From: Prasinococcaceae sp. CCMP 1430
Taxonomy: Eukaryota; Plantae; Prasinodermophyta
Assembly (NCBI GenBank): GCA_013416795.1
Contig: RQSC01000009.1
Location: 1-64,000 of the forward strand
DNA length: 64,000 nt
Direction of reading: 5' to 3'
Below the pieces are notes generated by a model that saw nothing but the letters and a program-made list of their open reading frames with translations, had not been told where the DNA came from and made no database searches. The position numbers and the translations under genes were made by a program. Shown here one piece after another: positions 21,958-34,624 of this stretch; position 1 is the first letter of the stretch; each line of letters opens with the position of its first letter.

Positions 21958-23424
21958 ATGGCGATGAGCGGTGGGGCGGGCCACATCATCGTGTGCGGCG
22001 AGCGCGTGCCGTGCGGGGCGCGCGTGGTCACGTGGGAGGACCAAGGGGGGCTGAGCGCGTACGCGCCGCGGCGGAGGTCGCCCGACGGCGGCGCACCAGC
22101 ACCTGTGACCGACTCCGCGAGGACGTTCGGCGTGCGACGCGACGAGGGCGGGCGTGAGATCGCACAGCTACGCGCGGGGGCCGGCGTTGGTCCCGAGGCG
22201 CGAGCAGCGCTGCGCGCGCGCGTCCACCAGCTCGTCGCCCATTACGACGGCTGCGGCACTGCGCGCCGCTGCTTCCGCGTCCTCCATGACGAGCGCGGGC
22301 TGTCTGCGCACTTCATCATCGACCTCGACGGTGCGCTCGTGTTCGTGTGCGGTGGCGCGCACGCGGGCATGATTGCGAGCGACTGCGCGCGCGCGCGCGC
22401 CTTCGCGCAGCAGACGCACGTCGCGTGCGCACTCGTATGACGCGCACAGGTCGCCAGGCACTTGGGCCAACACGTGCTGCCATGCGTGCGGACTGACAAC
22501 ACGGGCGTTCTCCTTGCCCCGCCACCGCAGGTACCGTGTGGCAGACACTTGACGTGCGCGAGCGCGCGTGGCACGCCACCGTGGCCAACGACGCCTCCGT
22601 GGGTGTTGAGATATGCAACGTGGGCGCGTGCGAGTGCACCGCCGACGGCAATGCATGCGCTGAGCTGCCCGCACGCCTCGCGAGATGGTACGAGCCCGCC
22701 GACGCAGGCGGCGGGCGGGCAGGCTCGGAGAGCGGCGCCGCCAAGGTTAGTCCTGGCACTAAGACGATCGGAGGGCGCGCGTGGAGGCTGTTGGTGCCGG
22801 ATGGCGAGGTGCCCGCGCTCGCCTCCCTGCCGCACTTCGAGCCACCGTGCGACATCGCCGCCGTCGAGGGGCATGTGCACGGGCAGCGCCTCGTTCAGAT
22901 GGCATTCACGCGCGCGCAGCTGCGCGCGGTCGCGGCGCTCGGCGCGGCGCTCAGTAGCGCGCTACCGGGCATTGTGCCAGCTTTTCCGACCGCCGACGGT
23001 GCAACGGCGCCGTTGTGGACGCAGATGCCCCCCGAGGACCTGCGGGTGTTCCGCGGGCTTCTGGGTCACTTCCACGTCCAGACCAACAAGGTGCGCGCTG
23101 CCGGCGCGCGCCACATGCGAGCGCTGCCAGCGTGCCGCCGCGGCGATGATGCTAACATGCACGCCGCGCGGCGCGCGTGCGCGCCCGCCCGCCCGTGCGC
23201 GGCAGGTCGACCCTGGACCAGCTTTCCCATGGGCGAGCGTTGTCGCCGAGTGGCATGCGTTGCTCGCTGCCGCAACTGACCGGCGTGTCGGAGGCGAGGC
23301 CGCCGGCGCGTTGGGCGCCGCGGGCGGCAGGCTCTCCCCTCGGGAACACCACCTGCCCGATCTGGAGGAGTCGAGCCCGCCACCCGGCCGAGCGCCAGCC
23401 GTGGGAGCTGTCGCCTTCGCTTGA
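21958..23424 (+). CDS. N-acetylmuramoyl-L-alanine amidase (Amidase_2/AmpD-like), 3 exons
   Basis: Exons 21958-22330, 22531-23090, 23206-23424 join in frame. Sequence: LVAHYD..RGLSAHFIIDLDGTVWQ..RAWHA..NDASVGVEICN..FTRAQLRAVAAL..LLGHFH..NKVDPGPAFPW, with His/His/Asp Zn ligands and catalytic Glu. Confidence 0.88.
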
Positions 23425-23545
23425 ATGCACTCGTGAGAATGCACGCAGGATGTTGTTCGTATGCATGCTGTACGTGCTGTAGAAAAAGCATGACACTGTA
23501 CTTGTACACTGAGAGCACGAAGCGCGGCGCTCGCCAAGGGCGCGC

Positions 23546-24070
23546 CTACGCCGACTCGACAGGCGCGTCCGCCCGTTTCCCGCGGCCGAAGCCGAGCCAA
23601 CCTCGCCGCTTCTTGGCCTCGCCCGCGCCCTCGCCGACCGCCTGCGCAGCCTGCGCCGCCGCTCCCTTCTTTCCGTACTGCAGCCGCGGCTCGGTCTCGC
23701 CGAGCTGCATGCCGGCGCGCTCACCCTTCGCTGCGATCTTACCCTGCATCGCCTGCGCCCATCGGTCCTTGTGCGCTTGCTCCCCGCCGCTACGCTTCTC
23801 AGGGTCGAACTCCTCGAGCATAGCGGCCAGGCGCGCCTTGTTGGCGCTCGCAATGACGCGCACGTTCGCGTCGCGCGCGACCGTCTCCGTGGCCGTCCGC
23901 TCTGCTCCGGCCTGCGAGCGCTCGGTGAGGGCGTTGAAGCCCTGGTACACCATATATGGCGCGACCACGGCTGCGCCGATGCCGAACGCGAGCGCGAACG
24001 GGCGGCTCTCGCGGCTGTTGCGCACAAGCGAGCGCCAGAGGCTGCTGTTGCGCATGAGGTACGCGTCCAT
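23546..24070 (-). CDS. Hypothetical single-TM protein
   Basis: ATG ORF with coding-like composition, one hydrophobic segment (FALAFGIGAAVVAPYMVY) and a helical C-terminus. Confidence 0.65.
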   Translation of the reverse strand: MDAYLMRNSSLWRSLVRNSRESRPFALAFGIGAAVVAPYMVYQGFNALTERSQAGAERTATETVARDANVRVIASANKARLAAMLEEFDPEKRSGGEQAHKDRWAQAMQGKIAAKGERAGMQLGETEPRLQYGKKGAAAQAAQAVGEGAGEAKKRRGWLGFGRGKRADAPVESA

Positions 24071-24602
24071 GGTCGCAGCCGAGTACGTGCGCGCGCGTCT
24101 TCGTGGCGCGCAGCGCCCGCTCCTCAAGAACCCGCACCCGACCGGGGCCACCGGCCTAACCTCGCCTCGCCTCGCCAGTGCCCTCTATTCGCGGGTGGCA
24201 GTTGCGCTGAACCTCCCCCTTGGCGTGGGTGCGCCGCGCGCGCGCGCTGTCGCACCCGCAGCTCGCAGAAGGTGAATCGGAGGTTTCGGCGCTGCCAGGC
24301 CCGCGCGCCAGCGCAGTCACCACACTGTGCGCCGCGCGCGGGCGCCTGCGCCTGCGCGCGGACGCCTGCGCGCGGACGTACGCGCTCGGGCCGCGCGGTG
24401 GATAGACACCTCCGTGTGCGCGCGTGCGCACTGCGCGCGTGCGCACTGCGCGCGCGCGCGCGAAGTTGCTGCGCACAGGCGTGACCGCGCTGCGCTCGGG
24501 CGCGTTGGAGCGCTCGTTGCAGGCAGCCGGCGGGGCGTGCGCGAGCGCGGCGCGCTCCCGCCGCTGTGGCCCCGAGGCTGCGCAGGCGTGCGGCCGCCGG
24601 GC

Positions 24603-25019
24603 ATGGTAAAGGCCGCATTGAAGGCCCAGGCACTCGCCGCTGCCATCAATGCGGGCTTTGCGGGCGACCAAATTGACCAGTTGCTCGACGGTCCCGCCAG
24701 GCGACGTGAGCGCGGCCGGCGGGGCGTGTACTTCGAGATCGTTGACTTGCATGTCTTCCCCGGCCTTCCGACGCCCTACGCGCGCTTGGCGCTGGCGACG
24801 CTCGCGCTAGCGATCACTCTGCTCTCTATGCTCTCTGGCGTGCTGCTCGGCGATTATCTGTTTGAGAGGCGCTTCGGCCTGCCATCGGATGTCGCAAGGA
24901 GAGCGTGCTGGCACGCGGCCGCATCGTGCGTGGGCACCATCGTCACGGTGGGCGGCATCGTGTACCACTTCTACGGAGCCAACGCGGGCGAGCTGAGCGG
25001 CGAGCTAGGTGCGAGATAG
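24603..25019 (+). CDS. Small hypothetical 2-TM protein
   Basis: ATG at 24603, 138 aa, two hydrophobic helices, ordinary protein-like composition. Confidence 0.55.
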   Translation: MVKAALKAQALAAAINAGFAGDQIDQLLDGPARRRERGRRGVYFEIVDLHVFPGLPTPYARLALATLALAITLLSMLSGVLLGDYLFERRFGLPSDVARRACWHAAASCVGTIVTVGGIVYHFYGANAGELSGELGAR

Positions 25020-25299
25020 GGCGCGCGGCGCCCATGGCGACCGCTGCGCGTGCGGGGCGGGTGCGACCGCACGCTTTGCTGGACCCTTTCGGGTGCTGAT
25101 ACGCGCTCGCTCGCTCACCCTCAACAGGCGCACGCGACAGGCGCGACATCGAGGCGCTCGACAGGACGCTGTAGAGCGCGCACATCACACCCAATCCTCT
25201 TAATCTACACATAATATGAGCGTCACCCCGGCACGCCCCGGCCCGGCGCGTCTACACCGTGGTGAGTGCGCCTCACCCACCCCCACCCCTGTGCGCGCA

Positions 25300-27758
25300 T
25301 CAATCGAGGCCAGAAAAGCCCCCGCCGCCGCGGCCAGGACCTCGCCGTGCGTACTCTGCCATCGCGCGCCTGTCGTACGAAGCGAAGCGATCTGCGGCCC
25401 TGCGACCGCGCTGGCTGCCCTTCGTCGCGGTGCCGGCGCCAAAGTGCGCGTACCTCGCGCTTCCTCCTTCGAAGCCCCCCTCCCCCGCGCTGCGCATAGC
25501 CTCTCGCGGATTGCCGTAGCGATCCCCCATGTCGTCGGCGTCGGACATCGCCGCAAAGGCCTCCCTATCGAATCCTCCACCCATGTGCGCTCCTCTGATC
25601 CCGCCACCGAGTCCCGCGGCCCCACGGCGCTTCTGATAGAACTGCCAGAGGCCGACCAGGCACATGGCCACCACGAGCACAGGCGACTGCCAGAGCTTCG
25701 CGTTGAAGTTGGGCGGCTGCGCGACGGGGAGCTCGCTCGAGAAGGTGGCCACGATGTCGCCGCGGCCAACGGGAAGTGCAAGCAGACGCCCCTTGCCACA
25801 AGCAAGCGCGGGCGTACCCGCGAAGGCGGCCCCGTGAGCATCTGCGTCGTGTCCGGCCCCCTCCACAAATGTCTGCAACCCCGCCAACATGGCCGCCCCC
25901 TCCTCGTCGTAGTCTGGCAGTGCGTAGCCAAGCGCGGCTGCGACGTCGTGCGCACTCGCGCGCAGCACCGGGCGCGGCGCGCTCTTAGGACCCACGGCCG
26001 ACGTGTTGAATATCGCCAATTCGGCGATGCCGCTGTGCTGCATGCCGCCAGTGCCAGTGGAGCTCGCTATCGCCAGGTAGCCCTTGAAGGGGCGCAGGGT
26101 TGCTGGTGGCAAAAGGCCGCTCGGGCGACGAGCCCGGACGACGCACTTGACCTTGCCGCCCTTCTCAGAGGATACGATGGCACTGAGCAGATCTCCAGTG
26201 TCACTCAGGGCAAACATCTTGGGGCCTGTGAGGGAGTCGAATCGCGCGGCGACCAAGGCGCTGCCGTTGAGGCCGCGACACACCCCAGCCTCGGACACGC
26301 GCGCGGCATCGCAAAGGGAAAGCTCCTGCGGCGTGGGGGACAGCGACAGTGGGTACGTGATGCCATCATCGCCGCCTTTGTCGCTGATGGCGTCCACATC
26401 GGCCGGCATCGCGTGGGCATGGGGTCGCGCGAGCGGGTTTATCCGCACGCTGCCGGTGTGCGTCGCGGCGACGTACACGAGCAGGCCATTCGAGGCGCGC
26501 ATCGCGACGGCGCGCTCGCCCCGCGTGGATACGCTCGCCAGCGGTGCACCGCGTTCCCCGAAGATCTCCACGCCGCCCCCCGCATACGCCACCGCCACCA
26601 CGCGCGTCCCACCCAACTTGAACGCGTCCACAGACGACACCCGCAAGCGTGCGAGCGCACGTGCGCGCTCGTCCGGTCCCACGCCCGCGCCGCCGCTGCC
26701 ATGCTGCTCGGCATCGGCATGCGCCTCCTCAAGCATGGGCGAGCGCATGGCGTACGCGTGGCCTGCCGCACTGAGGGAGCGTAAATCGTCGGGGACATTC
26801 CCGCCCGCATCGGTGCGAACGTGCTCGCGGAGCACGTGTGCCACCACCGCGCCGCCTGCGTGCCCCACCAGCAGCACGGTCTCGTTGCGGCGCCGCACGT
26901 ACGCCCCGAGAACGCTCGCGGCGCCGGTCACGGACGCAGGGAGAAATGTAGGCGGCGACACAGTCTGACATGGAAGCGCAGAGAGTGCTCAGAGCGTCAG
27001 ATGCCTCACGATGCGTGCACATCTCCGCGCATGCGCGCGCGTGTGCGTGGGAACCAACTCACCTCCAGGAGTTCCCCCGTTGCGACCCTGAGCAAATGCG
27101 CGCCACCCGCCTGGTCGCCCGCGGCGACGTATCGCGAGAGCGACTCCGCGGTACTCTCTTGCGGAAGCGCGAGCAGCGCCGTCGCACGCGCAGGTAGTGC
27201 TGTGGCCGCAAGCGGCGAAAATCGCTCTCCAAATGTGTCTCGAAAGCGTCGGGAGAGCGCGCCGGCGGTGATGCTACCCCCGAGGAGCACAGGTGCGAGG
27301 TCGGTTCCGCTGCCGCTGCCGCTGCCAACGAGAGCACTGCTCCCTCTGACGCTGCTGCCCACGCGGTCTGCGCGTGCATCATACTCCGTGTTGGCGCCGG
27401 TGCCACTTGCAGAGGCTAGAAGGCGCGCGCTTGCGCCGGCGCCCGCGCCGCACTCTCCTGACGCGTCCGGCGCGTCCTCGGCGGGCAGAGCGCCGGTCCC
27501 CACGCCTTCGGCCCACGCCTCACCCGCCAGCAGCGCGTCGAGCCTCGCGACGGTGCCCTCCACCTCGGCAGTGAGCGCCACCGCAGCCGCGTGTTGGCGC
27601 TCAGCGGCCGCGCGCAGTGCGCGCAGCTCGGTCAGAGCGCCCGCGCCTGCACCTTGAGGCACCGAGTCCGCAGGCGTCGCCGCTGCCGCGGCCGCGGCAA
27701 GCAGCACAACGGCGAAGAACACGCGTGAGCGAGCGGGCGCCACGCCGAGCTGAACCAT
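25300..27758 (-). CDS. Signal-peptide, single-pass membrane protein resembling plant At1g75140 family, 2 exons
   Basis: Exons 27758-27063 and 26964-25300. Signal peptide, FGERFSPLAA..SRYVAAGD, C-terminal TM WQSPVLVVAMCLVGLWQFYQKRR. Family assignment is from memory. Confidence 0.75.
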
Positions 27759-28247
27759 CGCCTGTGCCCTCTCGCCTCCCTCGCACGCGCGCGAGGAGAG
27801 GGGCGCACGCGCGGCGCGCGCGCGCCCTTCTCGCCCCCTTTCCCTCCCCTTCTGTCCCCCTCCCACCGCGCACGCGGCGCGCGTCCGCGTCCGCGTCCGC
27901 TGTGGCCGCCGGCCACCGTGGGCTGCGCGGCACCGACTCGGGGAATCGGCGAGCGCCGAAACCGCGGCGATGCGCCCGTCCCCCGCCAAAGAATGCAGTC
28001 AGAAATATATGATCATTACGCGGATTCACCGGATGTGACCACGAAATTTGAACCTGCCTTTTTTTCACGCGCATTCGCGCGGGCTGCGCGCGCGACGGTG
28101 CCAGTTGGCGCTCGCGACGCACCGCGGGGTGGGGGTCTCCCTTTTCCCCCACCCCGCCCCACCCCACCGCACCGCACCGTACGCGAACGCGCGCGCGCGC
28201 GCGGCTGTCTCCTCCAGAGCATGGGCAGTTCGTCGTCGCCGCCAGGG

Positions 28248-30450
28248 ATGATGCTGCCTGGCCTCGGGCGGCGGCGGATGTGCGCGCGGCGGGGCGCGGC
28301 CGCAGCTGCACTTGCGGCGATGGTGGTGCTGGCGACGCCAGTGGGGCGCGCCGTGGCGACGGCACGCGCCCCTGGCGTGCCGATCGTGCGGTCGTTGTGG
28401 CCGCCTGCGGGCCATATCGCTGGGGGCGCGCCGGTCACCGTCACTGGCACGCACTTTGCGCGCTCGCCCGGCGTGACCGCGCGCTTCGCGTCGGAGAACG
28501 AGTTCTCAGAGGTGCGCTGCGAGTACATGAGCACGTCCAGCGTCGTGTGCGTCGCGCCACCGAGGAGCCACGCCTCGACCGTGCAGGTGACGGCATCCAA
28601 TGGCGACGGCGCGTACAGCGCAGCTCAGCTCGTGTACGTGGCCGGCGCCGGGACCTCGGCGAAGTTCGTGTACGATGACTCGCCACCTGGCTGCCGCGGC
28701 TGCGGGAGTGGTGGCTTCCAGCGCGGCGTCCAGCCCGCCGACAGGCTCAGAGAGGTGTGGAGCGCGCATCCGACCAAGGGTCCGTACACGGGCGCTACGC
28801 GAGTGGTCATCTCCGCCGAAGGCATCGCCTGGCCCAACGGCACGCGCGTCGAGGGTGGGCGCGTGCCCCACGTCCTCCAGCCGCACTACGAGGGACCATC
28901 GGGCGGTCCTGGGGCCCCGCGGCCGACGCACGTCGATCCCGCGAGCGCAACCAACTCGCGGGTGCCGCAGGGGACCTTTTACCCTGGACCGTTGCTGCAG
29001 TGCATGATGGAGTGCATCGATGCATCCAGCGCGTCCGCCGCCTCTCTACGGCGCGCTGAGTGGCTCGACTACAACCGCGCGGCCTGCCCGACGCCGCCGC
29101 ACCCTTGCCTTGGAGATGACTCGGGCAAGACGTGCGACCCGTCCACCGCGCAGTGCACGCTGCGACTGTCGAACGACGGCGGGGACACCTTCGATCACGG
29201 CTACGACGGCTCCACTCCTGGCGCCGAAGCCATCACCAACGCGGCAGCGGTGCCGTTCGAGTACAGTGCCGTGTTTCCTCGCCTCGACACCGTCGTAAAC
29301 TCGGCGAGCTCGCGGGAGGCCTCGCGCGCGCGCGCGAGGCTCGCCGCCCACCAGCGGGGGGAGGACTCGCCCGAGAGACTCGTGCACGAGCGCGTGCCGC
29401 TGGCCGAGCGCGCGGGCGTCGCGCGCGGGCCGTACGACGCGCATACGCGCGTGTTCATGTACGGTCGCGACTTCCTTCCGTCGGCGAACTTCCGCGTGCG
29501 CTTCAACGACACGGACGGGTGGACGGCCACCGTCCAGGGCGAGGTGGTCAACAGCACCCTCGTGGTGGCCATCGCGCCGCACAGGCTCTCTCCGCTCACC
29601 GCGCCCGCGTACGATGGGGCCTCTGTCAAACCATGCGCCATGGCCACCGTCGAGGTGTCGAATGACGGCTCAGTCTTCTCTACGCGGAATGAGCCATCGC
29701 GTCATCGCTTTTTGTACTGCGGGTGCGTCCCGCGCGCGGTCCTTAGTGCCTGTGCTCTCGCTCGCGCGCACACTTGCCACCGCGCGTGCACCCGCGGCTG
29801 ACTCAGGAGCGCGCGCGGCGACCCGCGCCAGGCTGTACGTGAGCCCGTCGGGCTCGGATGAGTACGGGCGCGGCACGCCCGACAGACCCCTGCGCACGCT
29901 GCAGGCGGCCCTGGACGCGGCGCTTGAGCCCGAGCCCGAGCCACTCCCCGCGCTGCTGCGCCCAGTCCAGGACGCCAGGGTCGAGGATGGCAAGGCCGCG
30001 AGAGCGCCCAGGGCCTGGGCGTCGGCGCACCGGGAGACGGGTGCGGGCGCGTCTCCCACGCGCGCGGTGTACGTCAACATGGACCGCGTGGTGGTGCTGC
30101 CCGGCACGTACGCGGGCACCGGCAACGTGGCGCTTGACCCTCGCGGTAAGGTGGTGGCCGTTGCCGCGGCGAACGGCGTCGGCGGCGCGGGCCGCGCGAC
30201 CATCGACTGCGAGGGCTCCGCGCCTCGAGCAGCGCCGGGCGTGCTCGTGGGTGCGCCGACGCACCCCTTGCCGCAGCGGGGCGTGCTGCAGCTCGATGGC
30301 ATCGACACGCAGCGGTGTGGCGCGCATCCGGCACCTGGCGCACTGCCCATCGGCGGAGACTCGTGCCCGTCGCACGCTGCTGGCTGCGGCTCGAACCCGC
30401 ACAATGCCTTCGACAGCGACGTCTACGCGATCTACCACGACTACAGGTGA
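28248..30450 (+). CDS. Secreted/surface IPT-TIG repeat protein with C-terminal DUF1565/beta-helix-cap-like segment, 2 exons
   Basis: Exons ~28248-29722 and 29832-30450. Signal-like AAALAAMVVLA; IPT units (P.AG..AGG.PVTVTGTHF..VTASNG, GPYTGATRV..LSNDGG, GPYDAHTRV..VEVSNDG); LYVSPSGSDEYGRGTPDRPLRTLQAAL. Confidence 0.78.
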
Positions 30451-32086
30451 TCGCCGCATTGTAACTTGTGTCTCATACGCGTGGCGGCCGCCGGTGCGTG
30501 CCCGACCGCCGCGTCTGCCGCCGCGCGGCCGCGCGGCTTCGCGCACGCAGCGCGCCGCTGTCACATCGCCCGCGAACGCGAAACGACGGGCGCCCCCATC
30601 AAAATGCAAAGAGATCAAAATGCAAAGAGTCGTTCGACCCAGCGGCCGTCGAGGACCGTTTCTGCCGGGTCCCTCTCGCCAATCTCCCATGGATCGATGG
30701 AGGCGCGGGATCGCGCGGCAGGTCCATGTTGAGGTGGGCGAGAGGGCCCCGAAACGCCCCTCGGCGGCGCCTGGATCGCAGCGAGCTGGATGTACTCGCC
30801 GCCCAAAAATTGCAACACCTCACATTTTGAGTCGAACACTAGTCGAACACTAGCTAGTCCAGTTAATAGTAGGGGCGGCGAGGCTGCGACGACGAGCGAG
30901 GGGCGCGCGGCGCATAGTGCGCTCGTGCATCGTACTTGCTCTCGATTGTCGTCGGCGCGCGCGCTTGTTGTCGTCGTCGCGCGACGGTCAGTCGCCGCGC
31001 AGCAGCGCGAGCAGCCCGACGGCCTTGGCCTCTTGGTTGCCGCCGCCGAGCATGCGCTCGATGGCCGCCACGACGCCGGCCTGCGCGCGCACGGCGTCGC
31101 GCGCCTCGCGCCCCGCAGCGCGCCCGCCCCGCCGCTGCCAACGCCCGCGCCGCCGCTCCGGCGGGGCCCGCCAGCCACTCGGCCTGGTCCGCGGATTCCA
31201 TGCTTACTCTGCGCAACCGCGCCGCGCCTATCGAATCCGCACGGTCTGAAGCTGCGTGTGTTCTGCTTGCGCGGAGCGCTGCGCCGCAGCAAAGCGCGCC
31301 TCCACCCTGACCGAATCCGTTCCCCCCGGCCCGGCGCCCGCAGGCGAGCGCTCGCGCTCATTTGTGTGCGCCATGCGCCCGGGCGGTTGCTTTGCTGCGC
31401 GCAGGCGCGGAGGTACGCTGGCAGCGGGGGGGGCGACCTGGCAGGAGTAGTGCCCCCGCGCCTCCAGCCCGCCTCCGGCCGCGGCCGCGACGGGGCCGCT
31501 GTGCCGCGCGCCTTCCGGCCACAGCCCGGGGCGCAACTTCCTACTACTTCCGCCGCCAGCCAGCGGGGCGGGCGCATTCCTCCGCCCCCCCTGCCGCTGC
31601 GCCACGCTCGCGCCGCCCTGGCTGGCGTCGGTCGGGGAACGGACGCGGGCCCGAGCCCGGCGTCCTCCCCGCGCACACACCTGCCCCCCGCCCGCCCCTC
31701 CCCATTCTCTCACCTTGGCGCAGGCCCACGCAGGTGTGGACGGGGCCCCCGCGCACGTGATGGTGTTTTTGCGTCCCGACGTGCGTGCACGTCTGTGCGG
31801 CCGTCGTGGCACCTCGACCAGCCAGCTGGCAGCCGGGGTGGCGGCTGGCTGGCCTGGCTTTGGCTTGCCCGGCTGGACGGGGCGAAAAACGCGATTCGCC
31901 CGCGCGCGCTTTTCGTCCCTCCGCGATTGCGCGATTGTGCGCGCCCGCCCTTTTTGTGGCATTTCCCTTATCGGGATCGATCGCCCTCTGGCGAGATTTG
32001 CGGCTCGGGGGCGCCCCGCCGCGCGGGCCCGCCGTGGGGGCCGATTTTGATTCGCGCGCGGGCGCGGGAGCGCGCGGGAGCGCGCG

Positions 32087-32892
32087 NNNNNNNNNNNNNN
32101 NNNNNNNNNNNNNNNNNNNNNNNNNNNNNNNNNNNNNNNNNNNNNNNNNNNNNNNNNNNNNNNNNNNNNNNNNNNNNNNNNNNNNNNNNNNNNNNNNNNN
32201 NNNNNNNNNNNNNNNNNNNNNNNNNNNNNNNNNNNNNNNNNNNNNNNNNNNNNNNNNNNNNNNNNNNNNNNNNNNNNNNNNNNNNNNNNNNNNNNNNNNN
32301 NNNNNNNNNNNNNNNNNNNNNNNNNNNNNNNNNNNNNNNNNNNNNNNNNNNNNNNNNNNNNNNNNNNNNNNNNNNNNNNNNNNNNNNNNNNNNNNNNNNN
32401 NNNNNNNNNNNNNNNNNNNNNNNNNNNNNNNNNNNNNNNNNNNNNNNNNNNNNNNNNNNNNNNNNNNNNNNNNNNNNNNNNNNNNNNNNNNNNNNNNNNN
32501 NNNNNNNNNNNNNNNNNNNNNNNNNNNNNNNNNNNNNNNNNNNNNNNNNNNNNNNNNNNNNNNNNNNNNNNNNNNNNNNNNNNNNNNNNNNNNNNNNNNN
32601 NNNNNNNNNNNNNNNNNNNNNNNNNNNNNNNNNNNNNNNNNNNNNNNNNNNNNNNNNNNNNNNNNNNNNNNNNNNNNNNNNNNNNNNNNNNNNNNNNNNN
32701 NNNNNNNNNNNNNNNNNNNNNNNNNNNNNNNNNNNNNNNNNNNNNNNNNNNNNNNNNNNNNNNNNNNNNNNNNNNNNNNNNNNNNNNNNNNNNNNNNNNN
32801 NNNNNNNNNNNNNNNNNNNNNNNNNNNNNNNNNNNNNNNNNNNNNNNNNNNNNNNNNNNNNNNNNNNNNNNNNNNNNNNNNNNNNNNNNNNN
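32087..32892. other. Assembly gap (N-run), probably hiding the first exon(s) of Fd-GOGAT
   Basis: Run of N. Confidence 0.97.
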
Positions 32893-33006
32893 GACCGGCG
32901 CGGGCGCGCGCGCACCCTCGCCAGCCGCGCGCCGCTAACCCCGCCGCCGCCCGCGCACACAAACGCGAACGAACGAACGAACGGACGCGCGCGCCTCCGC
33001 GCGCAG

Positions 33007-34593
33007 CGCATCGAGAGCGCGGCGAACAATGTGGCCGACCTGGAGGAGATCCTCGCCGAGCGCGACGCGTGCGGCGTGGGCGTGGTCGCCAACCTCAAGA
33101 ACGAGGCCAGCCACCGCGTGATCTCCGAGTCGCTGGCGGCGCTCGGCTGCATGGAGCACCGCGGCGCGTGCTCGGCCGACGACGACTCCGGCGACGGCGC
33201 CGGCGTCATGACGCAGGTGCCCTGGAAGCTGATCCAGAAGTGGGCGCGCGAGGCCGGCGTCGACGAGCCCAAGTCGGGCACCCACGGCGTGGGCATGGTG
33301 TTCCTGCCGAAGGACGACGAGGCGCGCGCCGCCGAGTACAAGGCGATGCTCGAGGCGGGCGTGGAGGGCGCGGGCCTCAAGGTGGTCGGCTGGCGTCAGG
33401 TGCCCGTCGACCACGACGTGGTGGGCGAGTACGCGGCCATGACCGAGCCCGCGATCGAGCAGATCATCGTCGACGGCTGTGGCGCCGAGGGCGACGAGCT
33501 CGAGCGCAAGCTCTTCGAGGCACGCAAGCTGACCGAGCGCGCCGCGCGCGAGGCGCTCAAGGAAGGCGAGGACCCCAAGTCGTTCTACGTGTGCACGCTC
33601 TCCGGCCGCACCATCGTGTACAAGGGCATGCTCCGCTCCGTGGTGGTGGGCATGTACTTCAAGGACCTGGTGGACGAGGACTTCGAGACCTCCTTCGCCA
33701 TCTACCACCGCCGCTTCTCCACCAACACAGTGCCCAAGTGGCCGCTGGCGCAGCCCATGCGCTTCCTCGGCCACAACGGCGAGATCAACACCGTGCAGGG
33801 CAACCTCAACTGGCTCACCGGCCGCGAGGCCAGCCTCGACCACCCGCTGTGGAAGGGCCGCGAGCACGTGCTGTCGGTCGTCGGCGACCCGGGCAACTCG
33901 GACTCGGCCAACCTTGACCGCATCGCCGAGGTGCTTGTGCGCACGGGCCGCGACCCCGAGGAGGCCATGATGATCTGCGTGCCCGAGGCGTACCGCAACC
34001 ACCCGGAGCTGCAGGAGCAGTACCCCGACGTGGCCGACTTCTACGAGTTCTACAGCGGCGCGCAGGAGGCGTGGGATGGCCCCGCACTCATGGTGTTCTC
34101 CGACGGCAAGGCCGTCGGCGCCACGCTCGACCGCAACGGCCTGCGCCCGGCGCGTTTCTGGCAGACCGCCGACGACATGGTGTACATCGCGTCCGAGGTG
34201 GGCGTCATCCGCCAGGACCCGGCCAACACCATCTCCAAGGGCCGCCTCGGCCCGGGCCAGATGTTCTCCGTCAACCTCGAGACCGGCGTCGCGCGCCAGA
34301 ACGCCGAGATCAAGAAGGACGTGGGTGGCAAGGCGCCGTACGCCGAGTGGCTGCAGTCGCGCCGCAACTACTCGGACGCGGCCTGGGAAGCGGAGGCGCC
34401 GGAGGACTCGGAGGTGCTCACGATGCAGACCATGTTCGGCTACGGCTCGGAGGACGTGCAGATGGTCATCGAGAGCATGGCCGCCGAGGGCAAGGAGCCC
34501 ACGTTCTCCATGGGTGACGACATCCCGCTGGCGGTGCTCTCCTCGCAGCCGCACCTGCTGTACGACTACTTCAAGCAGCGCTTCGCGCAGGTG

Positions 34594-34624
<31 letters not shown>

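Noticed and set aside
30790-33006. Apparent ~740-aa N-terminal extension of GOGAT
   Set aside because: The ORF reads through an N-gap and GC-rich non-coding or intronic DNA; an acceptor precedes the real exon at 33007.
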